A stretch of DNA of 28,972 nucleotides from Pseudomonadota bacterium (GTDB taxonomy: Bacteria > Bdellovibrionota_F > JAHFAK01 > JBDREC01). Position 1 is the first letter of the stretch. Every line of letters starts with the position of its first letter. A program made the translations under genes and the position numbers. The DNA is taken from positions 62,001 to 90,972 of the forward strand of contig JBDREC010000028.1 of assembly GCA_043820105.1 (NCBI GenBank), in the 5' to 3' direction. Below are positions 8,612 through 17,653 of this stretch, one piece after another. The notes beneath the pieces are model-generated. The model saw only the letters and a list, made by a program, of their open reading frames with translations. It was not told where the DNA came from and did no database searches.

Positions 8612-9856
8612 ATGAATAAATTTATTTTAAAATTAAATAATTCTTTAAAATATAGAAGAGATAAACTTATTGATTTTGTTTATAGTACAAAGCTTTACCA
8701 AACAATTATCAAATCATTTTTATTATATATTAACAAGTCTTGGACAAATAAAATAGATAAATATAAGCATATAGATGCTCTGTTTGATATGAATATATCT
8801 AAAATTCAATCAATATTATTTAAATGGATTACATCAGAAAACATACGATATAACAACCAAGAGATTATTAATAATTCTGTTTATCTTTCCACACTTCCAC
8901 ATAATGTAATGTTTGATACGTCATCAGCCTGTAATTTTGATTGCAATATGTGCCTTAGAGTAACTTCCCCCGAGATTTTTAAAAAAATGAGAGCTCTTCC
9001 ATCAAAACGTACTATGAAGGAGTTTATAAAAATACTACCCTTCATTAAACAAGGATTACTATATCGAAGCGGAGAACCCTTTCTAAATAAAGCACTTCTT
9101 CCCTTATCAAAATTATCTCAAAAATGCCAAACAGAAGTAACGATTACTACAAATGGAAGCTTGATTGATGATAAAAAAGCATCCTATATAGTTAAATCCC
9201 AAATAAAAATATTAAGATATTCAATTGATGCGGCAAGTAAAGAAACTTTTGAATATATAAGAAAAAAAGGTAATTTTGATGAAATCATGGCAGGCATTGA
9301 TAAAATCAACTTTTATAAAAGAAAATTTAATTCAAATTATCCTGAATTGAAATGGCATTTTGTTGCACAAAAAAGAAACATTTCTGAACTATTAGATGCC
9401 GTTAAACTAGCTTCTGTTAAAGGTTTTGAAGAATTCGAAATACATTATATGGTTGCACCAAAAAGTTCTCCAATTGAATCGCAATGTCTCTATTACTTTA
9501 AAAGCTTATCAGATGAAATGATGCATAAAGCAAAGCAAAAGGCAAAAGAATTGAACATTAAAATCTTGCTCCCTAATTTATTTGAAGCTTTTACTGAAAA
9601 CAAGATTACGGCCAAAAAACATGCAATTAACTGCAAGCTTCCATGGTTTAGTGCGGTAATCAGAACAACTGGAGATGTTGTTCCATGCTGTGGATGTGCT
9701 TATGGTGTAAATCTGGGAAATCTGAATGAGATGTCTTTCAGGGATATTTGGAATGGTGAAGGATTTGTACAACTGCGCAAAAACTTAGTTGAAAATAACC
9801 CACCTGATTATTGTCTAAACTGCACGGGATATAAAACCTTTCAAGGCTTAGAATAA
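8612..9856 (+). CDS. Radical SAM protein with SPASM/twitch C-terminal domain
   Basis: CNFDCNMC (CxxxCxxC), SGEPFL, TTNG, SIDA; C-terminal CKLPW, GDVVPCC, LGNL, IWN, CLNC. Confidence 0.92.
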   Translation: MNKFILKLNNSLKYRRDKLIDFVYSTKLYQTIIKSFLLYINKSWTNKIDKYKHIDALFDMNISKIQSILFKWITSENIRYNNQEIINNSVYLSTLPHNVMFDTSSACNFDCNMCLRVTSPEIFKKMRALPSKRTMKEFIKILPFIKQGLLYRSGEPFLNKALLPLSKLSQKCQTEVTITTNGSLIDDKKASYIVKSQIKILRYSIDAASKETFEYIRKKGNFDEIMAGIDKINFYKRKFNSNYPELKWHFVAQKRNISELLDAVKLASVKGFEEFEIHYMVAPKSSPIESQCLYYFKSLSDEMMHKAKQKAKELNIKILLPNLFEAFTENKITAKKHAINCKLPWFSAVIRTTGDVVPCCGCAYGVNLGNLNEMSFRDIWNGEGFVQLRKNLVENNPPDYCLNCTGYKTFQGLE

Positions 9857-9866
9857 AATTATATAT

Positions 9867-11114
9867 TTAAGAACCCCTTTTTATTGATTCCAAAAGCATT
9901 TTGAGAAAATTAATATCAGCCAACTTTTTTATTTTAGATGGTTTTCTTATAAGTCTTATCAATCTCCTAGCCAAATCCAGACTTACTGAAAAGGCATGAT
10001 TTTTATTGATTCTGAAGAATAAAAATTCTTTGCGCCATTTAAAATAATAAATACCTAATTGTTTTTTTGGATGATTGAAGTCTTTCTCAATAAATTCTTT
10101 ATAATTTTCAGATACTTTCCCAAGTGGCCCTAAAAAATATTTTACCTTTTCAAAATCGTAATTCATTTTCAGGTTTAAATGTTTCGGTATGGCTTCTTTG
10201 AGCTGATTAACACTGTATCTTGGAAACAAGCCCATTTCTCCAGGTCCCCAATGACTCTGAAGTTTAGTTGGATAATCAAAAGAAACATTTATCACTGGGA
10301 TATCCATTGAAACAGCATCAAGCAAGGCTGAAGAATAACATCCTATCACCAGAGAATAATTTCTCATTTCAGCCAAATCAATGTTGACCATCATGCAATT
10401 ATCAGGTTTCCATAATTTGGCTCCTGTACCTGTGCTTTGTTCAGCCAGAAAATTATCGTTATAAAGATTACCAACAAAATTCGACCAGCTTGGATGTAAT
10501 TTGAAATCAAAAGCTATATTTAATTCATTTAAGATCTCAATGGTTCTTTTGGTTGTAGAGCTCGGTTTTAAAGGAATATTATCTCTTTCACAAAGATCAG
10601 TATCAGGTTCATGAAGCACCAGTACTTTTCCATTATGACGATTTTTGTCCCATCTGAAATATTTGTAAAGATAATCATTTCTCAGCGAGCCAATTGAAAT
10701 CCAGCGTCTTGATAAGGGATTTTTTTTAACGCAAAGTTTAAACCTGTCCATCCAATAAGGCCCCATTGCATTCCAGTATTTTGCATATACATTAGGAGAG
10801 TGTTTTTCTATTTGAAGAACAGATTTATCATAACCATGCTCATTTGCATATATCTGAATTCCATTTTCGTAACAGTTTTCACTTAATAATTTAAGGGAAT
10901 TAAAAAATGCATCATTAAATGTTAAGCACGTGTTATATGCTTTGTAATTAATATTTAATTTCTGCAAGTTCTCAACTGTTCCGGGCATTCCACCAGGATC
11001 ACCCTTTCTTTGCTCACAATAAAAAGTGTCACACCATGGAAGCACTTCAATTGCTTTTAATATTTGTTTGGCATTTTCATAAAATCCAACACAAAAGGCC
11101 CTTACTTCTGTCAT
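9867..11114 (-). CDS. Unclassified GT-B-like putative CMP/CDP-donor transferase (paralogue B)
   Basis: EHG, KLHP, SSALLDA; shares blocks SPNxYxKYWNxMG, RRWISxGS, HEPD and YFLGPLGxVSENY with 5519..6664. Confidence 0.55.
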   Translation of the reverse strand: MTEVRAFCVGFYENAKQILKAIEVLPWCDTFYCEQRKGDPGGMPGTVENLQKLNINYKAYNTCLTFNDAFFNSLKLLSENCYENGIQIYANEHGYDKSVLQIEKHSPNVYAKYWNAMGPYWMDRFKLCVKKNPLSRRWISIGSLRNDYLYKYFRWDKNRHNGKVLVLHEPDTDLCERDNIPLKPSSTTKRTIEILNELNIAFDFKLHPSWSNFVGNLYNDNFLAEQSTGTGAKLWKPDNCMMVNIDLAEMRNYSLVIGCYSSALLDAVSMDIPVINVSFDYPTKLQSHWGPGEMGLFPRYSVNQLKEAIPKHLNLKMNYDFEKVKYFLGPLGKVSENYKEFIEKDFNHPKKQLGIYYFKWRKEFLFFRINKNHAFSVSLDLARRLIRLIRKPSKIKKLADINFLKMLLESIKRGS

Positions 11115-11404
11115 AATTTCAAATCACCAACTTTCTGCATTTTTAATAGTAAGATTATAATCTATAAAAACATTTAATTATGCAAGTAATTTTCTTATGT
11201 GGCATTTTTAGCTTTGAAAAGTATAATTACAATATTTTTTAAAAGAAAATTATTAACACCTTTTTTCATTGTTATAGGTTTTGCAAGATTAAAGAGTTAT
11301 CTTTTAATAGTATCGAATCATTTAAATAGTTTTTTAATTTACTTTCCTTTATCTTTAGTTCTAAGATATAAGCATAATAAATAACAAGATTTAAGGTCAG
11401 TTTA

Positions 11405-13069
11405 ATGAATAAAGATTTTAAAATAAAATTAAAACTTTTTATTATTAATAATTTTCTTCCAATTCTGACAAAAAACATTATCACTAGAAAATTGATATTT
11501 TTTATCTTCAACAGCTCCATTTTAAAAATATTAATCAAAATATTTCCGCCTTCAAGGAATCAGGGTATAGATAATATTATTCAAAACCAGGAAGATTTAT
11601 TTATTAATAATTATTTTGATAATTGTGGATATATCACTTTTATGGATATTGGTTCCTACCCAGGAGGCAATATACTGCTTCGAGCACAAAAGGGATGGAA
11701 TGGATATTTATTTGAACCCGATATTATAAATTATTTATTTTTAAAATATCAATTTACAGCTCATAATAATATTAAACTATTTAATTTAGCTATAACAGGT
11801 TCAGAAGCAACAAATTGCAAATTATATATTAGTCATACTCATCAAGATATTCATTCATTAAAACCATGGCATGAAACTCATAGAAGTAGTTACAACATTA
11901 ATTCCACAGATATTTATAGATTCTGCAACAAAAAAAATATTAAAAAGTTAGATTTCCTTAGAATAGATCTTGACGGGGATATTCTAGCTATTATTAAAAA
12001 TATTAATTTTAAAGAAATTAAACCAAATATATTAATGATTAAATTCGCTGATAAGAAATCGAAACCTTTTTTTAATTACGCTTATCAGGATATTATAAAC
12101 TATATGTCTCAATTTCACTATATCTCATATATTTTTAGCTACGAAAAAGAAAGACCCTTCATGAAAAACGATAAAACCTATGATGTTTTAAAATACAATC
12201 AAATATGTCCCGCGGGGAAAGAAGATAAACTTAAAATGTTCGAAGGTAATATTATTTTTTATAAAAAGGATGATGATAATTTCAACAGTTTAGTTAACAC
12301 ATACATTAATACAAATCGAAACACATATATTAATGCTCACGAATACTTCAGGGATATCCATAAAAACGAGAGATGTTTTGTAATTTGTAATGGCCCAAGT
12401 TTAAAAGAAATGGATCTTACTAAAATGCAAAAAGAAATTACATTTGGCTGCAACAGAATCTATTTCAATACAGAAAAAATGGGATTTGACACAACATACT
12501 ATTTTAGCCTTGATTCCTTCATTTCAATAGCCATTCGCCACGAATCCTTGAAATATCTTGAAAGACCTGCTGTCAAAGCTGGCTTTTTTTTGAACCATTT
12601 TTCTAAGTATATTAAAAAGGATAATGCTTATTATCTTGAACAAACAGGTTGGTCAGTTGGGGTAACCATGATGGAAATGGCTCTAGCCATGGGATTTAAA
12701 TATATTTATGTTATTGGCCTGGACTTAAATTATAATTTTCCAGATAAAAAAGACAGAATAGATTATAACCGAATTGAGGATTTACCTTTTGACAAAGAGA
12801 CAATGAATATTTTATTAGACTTAAAGGACTATATTGATATAAAAAACCGCTTCATTCTGAAAAAAAATATCGATATAAATTCCAATCATTTTTCCAAGGA
12901 CTATTTAAATAATCTCCCTGTATGCCTGGCTACAGAACCTGAAGCAATAGCAGCTTACAAGAATTTTGCAAAAAATCTTTCAGAATCTGACAGATCGAGA
13001 ATTTATAATGCTGGGGTTGGTGGAAATTGCGAAGCTTTTCAGAGAGTTGATTTTAATGGTTTGTTTTAG
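11405..13069 (+). CDS. Fusion: FkbM-like methyltransferase + DUF115/Maf (CstII-like) transferase domain
   Basis: N-half: MDIGSYPG, FEPD, NLAI, DFLRIDLDG. C-half: RCFVICNGPSLKEMD, FGCNRIY, ALAMGFKYIYVIGLD, IYNAGVGG. Confidence 0.75.
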   Translation: MNKDFKIKLKLFIINNFLPILTKNIITRKLIFFIFNSSILKILIKIFPPSRNQGIDNIIQNQEDLFINNYFDNCGYITFMDIGSYPGGNILLRAQKGWNGYLFEPDIINYLFLKYQFTAHNNIKLFNLAITGSEATNCKLYISHTHQDIHSLKPWHETHRSSYNINSTDIYRFCNKKNIKKLDFLRIDLDGDILAIIKNINFKEIKPNILMIKFADKKSKPFFNYAYQDIINYMSQFHYISYIFSYEKERPFMKNDKTYDVLKYNQICPAGKEDKLKMFEGNIIFYKKDDDNFNSLVNTYINTNRNTYINAHEYFRDIHKNERCFVICNGPSLKEMDLTKMQKEITFGCNRIYFNTEKMGFDTTYYFSLDSFISIAIRHESLKYLERPAVKAGFFLNHFSKYIKKDNAYYLEQTGWSVGVTMMEMALAMGFKYIYVIGLDLNYNFPDKKDRIDYNRIEDLPFDKETMNILLDLKDYIDIKNRFILKKNIDINSNHFSKDYLNNLPVCLATEPEAIAAYKNFAKNLSESDRSRIYNAGVGGNCEAFQRVDFNGLF

Positions 13070-13220
13070 ATTTTTTCTAATCTAACTGAATTCAAATCAA
13101 ATAAAACTATTAAAATAATTACAAACTACAAATTATATATTGATAATAAATAAAAATAAAGTAAGATATTATTCAGAATTTTATCAATATAATTTTATGT
13201 TTAATATAGGACTAGTTAGT

Positions 13221-15038
13221 ATGAAAATCTTGGGGATTTCAGCTTTTTATCATGATAGTGCTGCTGCTCTGATTCAAAATGGCAAAATTATAGCTGCTGC
13301 GCAAGAAGAAAGATTTACTAGAATAAAACACGACCATTCATTCCCTGAAAACGCAATAAATTATTGTTTGAAGGCAGGAAATATCAGTGGGGATAATTTA
13401 GATTATGTAGCTTTCTATGATAAGCCTTTTCTTAAGTTCGAAAGAATATTAGAAACTTATTTGCAATATTCACCTCTCGGTATTAATTCTTTTATTAAAT
13501 CTATTCCTTTATGGATTAAAAAAAAACTATGGATTAAAGAAATAATTAAAACTGAATTGGATTTCACGGGCAAAATTTTTTTCCCTCAACACCATGAATC
13601 CCACGCTGCATCGGCTTTTTATCCTTCACCATTTCAAGAATCTGCCTTTTTAACGATGGACGGTGTTGGTGAGTGGGCTACTACAAGCTTTGGTATTGGG
13701 AATGATAATAAATTAGAAATATTAAATGAAATCAATTTTCCTCATTCCATTGGTTTATTATATTCTGCTTTCACATATTATACTGGTTTCAAGGTTAATT
13801 CTGGCGAATACAAGGTCATGGGACTCGCCCCTTATGGCGAACCAAAGTATAAAGATATAATATTATCTCAGCTTTTAGACTTAAAAGAAGATGGTTCATT
13901 TAAATTGAATATGGAATATTTTGATTTCTGTGCTGGTCTCAAAATGACAAATGACAAATTCAATAAGCTATTTGATTCTAAGCCAAGAAAACCAGAAGCA
14001 AAATTAACTCAAAAAGAAATGGATTTAGCAAGATCAGTTCAGGAAGTTACAGAAGAAGTTATTATGAAAATTACTAATCATGTTTACAAAGAAACAAAAC
14101 AAAAGAATTTATGTTTAGCTGGAGGAGTTGCTTTAAACTGTGTTGCTAATGGAAAGATATTAAGAGAAGGTCCTTTCACGAATATATGGATTCAGCCAGC
14201 AGCAGGCGATGCTGGTGGCGCTTTAGGTTCAGCTCTTTTTGCTTGGCATCAAATCCTTGGCAAAAAAAGGGACTTAAAAAAAGGAGACAATTTACAAAAA
14301 GGTTCATATTGGGGTCCTAGCTTTTCAGAAAGTGAAATAAAAACATATCTAGATAAAAATGATATTCCTTATAAGAAACTTCCAAAACAAAAACTTGCTG
14401 ACACAGTTGCAGATCTTATTAATGACAATATGGTTATTGGCTGGTTCCATGGAAGAATGGAATTTGGTCCAAGAGCTTTAGGTGCTAGATCCATTATTGG
14501 TGACGCCAGATCTTCAAAAATGCAAGAAATAATGAATCTCAAAATAAAATTCCGAGAAAGCTTTAGGCCCTTTGCTCCTTCAGTTTTAGCAGAGAAAATC
14601 TCAGACTGGTTTGACATTGACAGAGAAAGTCCGTATATGCTTTTAGTTGCTCAAGTTAAGGAAGACTTATGTAAAGAAATGACTACTGAAGAAAGAAACT
14701 TGTTTGGCTTAGAAAAGTTAAATATTGTCAGATCTAAAATTCCTGCAATCACACATGTTGATTATTCAGCAAGAGTTCAAAGTGTAAATAAAAAGGACAA
14801 CCCCCTATATCATGAAATTATTTCTAAGTTTTATGAAAAATATAAATGCCCAGTAATCATTAATACAAGTTTTAATGTCAGAGGAGAACCAATTGTTTGC
14901 TCACCACACGATGCATTTGTATGTTTCATGAGGACCAATATGGATTATTTAGTATTAGAGAATTTCTTAGTTGCAAAAACTGGTCAAAATGAGATAACAA
15001 ATGATATTGACTGGAAAAAAGAATTTGAATTAGATTAA
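13221..15038 (+). CDS. O-carbamoyltransferase (NodU/CmcH/TobZ family)
   Basis: MKILGISAFYHDSAA, QEERFTRIKH, HHESHAAS, DGVGEW, GEYKVMGLAPYG, AGGVALNC, MEFGPRALGARS, KFRESFRPFAP, NTSFN. ATG 13221 gives the family-typical N-terminus. Confidence 0.95.
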   Translation: MKILGISAFYHDSAAALIQNGKIIAAAQEERFTRIKHDHSFPENAINYCLKAGNISGDNLDYVAFYDKPFLKFERILETYLQYSPLGINSFIKSIPLWIKKKLWIKEIIKTELDFTGKIFFPQHHESHAASAFYPSPFQESAFLTMDGVGEWATTSFGIGNDNKLEILNEINFPHSIGLLYSAFTYYTGFKVNSGEYKVMGLAPYGEPKYKDIILSQLLDLKEDGSFKLNMEYFDFCAGLKMTNDKFNKLFDSKPRKPEAKLTQKEMDLARSVQEVTEEVIMKITNHVYKETKQKNLCLAGGVALNCVANGKILREGPFTNIWIQPAAGDAGGALGSALFAWHQILGKKRDLKKGDNLQKGSYWGPSFSESEIKTYLDKNDIPYKKLPKQKLADTVADLINDNMVIGWFHGRMEFGPRALGARSIIGDARSSKMQEIMNLKIKFRESFRPFAPSVLAEKISDWFDIDRESPYMLLVAQVKEDLCKEMTTEERNLFGLEKLNIVRSKIPAITHVDYSARVQSVNKKDNPLYHEIISKFYEKYKCPVIINTSFNVRGEPIVCSPHDAFVCFMRTNMDYLVLENFLVAKTGQNEITNDIDWKKEFELD

Positions 15039-15056
15039 TTTATTAGCAGGTTAATT

Positions 15057-15461
15057 ATGGCAAAAAAAGAAATAAATATTAAAAAAGAATTGAGAAATTT
15101 TGGTTTATTAATTGGAGGTATTTTAGGACTTATTGCAATATATTTATTTTGGAAAGAAAAAAGCTCATTTGCTTATTTTATCGCTTTTTCTTTAACTTCC
15201 CTAATTTTGTCACTTTTATTTCCTTTTACTTTAAAATATCCTCATAAATTTTGGATTGGTCTTTCAAATGTTATATCATGGGTAATGACAAGGATTATTT
15301 TAATAATACTCTTTTACCTTATTCTTACTCCAATTGCCTTTTTGGCCAAACTTATAAGGAAAAATTTTCTAGACCTGAAAATAGATAAAACAATCCCTTC
15401 TTATTGGATCAAAAAGGAAAACAAACAAATTAATATTTCAGATTATGAGAAACAGTTTTAA
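15057..15461 (+). CDS. SxtJ-family membrane protein
   Basis: LRNFG, three hydrophobic segments, LTP, D-L-K...SYW...QF C-terminus; directly downstream of a carbamoyltransferase. Confidence 0.85.
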   Translation: MAKKEINIKKELRNFGLLIGGILGLIAIYLFWKEKSSFAYFIAFSLTSLILSLLFPFTLKYPHKFWIGLSNVISWVMTRIILIILFYLILTPIAFLAKLIRKNFLDLKIDKTIPSYWIKKENKQINISDYEKQF

Positions 15462-15472
15462 AAGGAGAGTAA

Positions 15473-15631
15473 ATGTCAAAACTTTCAATTTTATCAGAAT
15501 TTTGGCAATTTTTAATAACTAGAAAGAAGTGGTGGTTGGCGCCAATTGTAATAATGCTGGTATTATTGAGCCTGCTAATTGTTCTATCTGAAGGTTCCGC
15601 GATTGCACCTTTTATTTATACAATTTTTTAA
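15473..15631 (+). CDS. DUF5989 (SxtK-like) small membrane protein, 52 aa; not in the ORF track
   Basis: AAGGAG RBS; MSKLSILSEFWQFLITRKKWWLAPIVIMLVLLSLLIVLSEGSAIAPFIYTIF with RKKWWLAP and APFIYTxF signatures. Confidence 0.9.
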   Translation: MSKLSILSEFWQFLITRKKWWLAPIVIMLVLLSLLIVLSEGSAIAPFIYTIF

Positions 15632-15650
15632 AAATTTGATACAGAACTTG

Positions 15651-16331
15651 TTATTTATTTAAATCTTTAGCTTCCCAATAGCTCATCATTGCTTCAGTCA
15701 TTTGAAAGTCTTCTTCTGTGCTAATTTTAACACACTTATATGGATCCATAGCATAAAAGCCGATTTTACCTGAAAAAACAGCATGCCCCTTTTCTTCAAA
15801 GCTCTTGATAAATGTTGAGGAGCGCCACACACAGACAGACCAGGCGCATAGCATGATAGGGGAAATATTTTGTGTCATGGGCAACTTATCATCAGGATTA
15901 AAATTTATAGGTTTTTCATCGCAGAAGGCCTGCAACCTGTCTTCTCTAACTGTGATAACAGTATCATAATTTCCTTCTTCATAAAATTTAATAACATTAT
16001 TTATATCAGTGCCATTAATTAAAGGTGATACAGGATTAACCATTACAAGATTTTCTGGCTTAATATTTTTTATAAAATCATAATTAAATTCATCTGAAGT
16101 AGATTCATCTTGTGCAAATTCTGCTTTTCTTTTATAAAATTTAATAGAATTATCTAAAGCAATTTTTCCGATTTCTTCACTTTCTGAATTAACATAAATT
16201 TCATCCACAATTGAATTTTTTGCAGCATCAATGGTATACCAAATCATAGGTTTACCTCTCAGCAATCTGACATTCTTTTTTTCAACTCTCTTACTTCCAA
16301 GCCTAGCAGGGATTTCAATTACATATTTCAA
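15651..16331 (-). CDS. Second acylneuraminate cytidylyltransferase-family protein
   Basis: IPARLGSKRVEKKN, VNPVSPL, PMTQN; C-terminal KISTEEDF instead of DIDxxxDF. TTG start overlapping the upstream gene, AAGGA RBS. Confidence 0.85.
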   Translation of the reverse strand: MKYVIEIPARLGSKRVEKKNVRLLRGKPMIWYTIDAAKNSIVDEIYVNSESEEIGKIALDNSIKFYKRKAEFAQDESTSDEFNYDFIKNIKPENLVMVNPVSPLINGTDINNVIKFYEEGNYDTVITVREDRLQAFCDEKPINFNPDDKLPMTQNISPIMLCAWSVCVWRSSTFIKSFEEKGHAVFSGKIGFYAMDPYKCVKISTEEDFQMTEAMMSYWEAKDLNK

Positions 16332-17622
16332 TTTTATTGTCCTTTTTTCTCTTATATAAGTTTTTTAATATTAATTTATAAATTTCCTGGGCTATCAATT
16401 TTTGACCATAATCATTATAATGTCGGGGATCGGAATAAACTTCAGCTTCTATATTATCGAACAAATTTGAAAAATCAAATTGGCATTTTTCCTTTAGCTT
16501 AGGTTTAACTTGTTCATAAAACTTATTTAATCTGGCTTCATATGTTTCCCATGTTTCATTGTAAAACTCTGAATTAAAGAATTTTTTAACCTTTTCCTCC
16601 CATTTCGTTAAGTTTTTTTTGCCAAACGCCATGGTGGGTTGAAAAATATAAATAAAAGGAACCGAATGAGATTCAGCAATTCCTTTGAATTGAAGGATTT
16701 TTGAATAATATAAGTCTGGAGCTCCTAGATCAATATAATCTTTGTTTTTATATCCATAAAGGTATTCTCCATAATATTTTTTTACCTTTGTTTTTTCTTT
16801 TTCAAAGATTAGAGAAATCAAAACCTTTGTAATATAGGGGAAGATAACCGTTGCCTCAAGTTTTTTATCTTGGTTGTTTAAAAAGTGCAACATCCTCCTC
16901 TGGTGAGTAGAAGATGAATATTCGATTGGATTTCCCTTATACTCGTATTTTTCATTGATTCCATTAAAAAGAATTAACAAATCTGGATTAAGATAAATTG
17001 TTTCTTCAATAAACAATTTAATTTCTTGAGAAATGTTATATCCAAGTACACCAGTGTTAATCAGTATAATTTTGTCATAATCTTTTAGTAAATCTGGTTT
17101 TTGGGAGTTCAACAATCTTTCAAGTTGAGCAGGCCAAGTATATATATTTAGTGACGCTCCCCATCCAGCGACTGTTGAGCCACCTGATACTATTATTTTA
17201 AATATTTTATCATTTTTTATTATCTCATCAAAGTTAGTTTCACTTTCAATAGATTTATAATTAGAAACAAAACCATATTTATTGACCTTCAGCTTCCTAT
17301 CAGTTGCTATTCTAGGAGTACCATCATTATTGGGTTCTAATGAAATCACATTTGAATATGGTCTGAATCTTACACCAAGGTTAAGGTCAAAAACAAAATA
17401 ATCTTCCCTTTGAATTTTAAAATATTTTTCTCTTGCTAGTTTATCTTGTTCATTTTCTGTTGTCTTTGCAAAATTATAAAATGGTGTTTGCTGTTTAAGT
17501 GCGTTTTTAAATCCCAATTTTTTTACAAAATATGAAAAACATGCAATTTCAAATAAAATCAGGAATAAAATAGTAGGAATTAATGAAAAAACAATGTATT
17601 TATAATTTATTTTTTTAATCAT
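16315..17622 (-). CDS. Membrane-anchored SGNH/GDSL hydrolase (putative glycan O-acyl transferase/esterase)
   Basis: N-terminal TM helix; blocks GGSTVAG, NTGVLGY, FNGINE, DPRH. Confidence 0.8.
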   Translation of the reverse strand: MIKKINYKYIVFSLIPTILFLILFEIACFSYFVKKLGFKNALKQQTPFYNFAKTTENEQDKLAREKYFKIQREDYFVFDLNLGVRFRPYSNVISLEPNNDGTPRIATDRKLKVNKYGFVSNYKSIESETNFDEIIKNDKIFKIIVSGGSTVAGWGASLNIYTWPAQLERLLNSQKPDLLKDYDKIILINTGVLGYNISQEIKLFIEETIYLNPDLLILFNGINEKYEYKGNPIEYSSSTHQRRMLHFLNNQDKKLEATVIFPYITKVLISLIFEKEKTKVKKYYGEYLYGYKNKDYIDLGAPDLYYSKILQFKGIAESHSVPFIYIFQPTMAFGKKNLTKWEEKVKKFFNSEFYNETWETYEARLNKFYEQVKPKLKEKCQFDFSNLFDNIEAEVYSDPRHYNDYGQKLIAQEIYKLILKNLYKRKKDNKIEICN

Positions 17623-17653
17623 TCATCACCTTTTTATAGATCTTGTGTTAGAT

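Noticed and set aside
11199-11538. Short ORFs 11199..11384 (+) and 11272..11538 (-)
   Set aside because: Low-complexity I/K/F/L products of an AT-rich divergent spacer; no clear RBS or motif.
13221-15631. Saxitoxin biosynthesis cluster
   Set aside because: Only sxtI/J/K-like genes are present; no sxtA, sxtG or other core genes, and the context is glycan biosynthesis.
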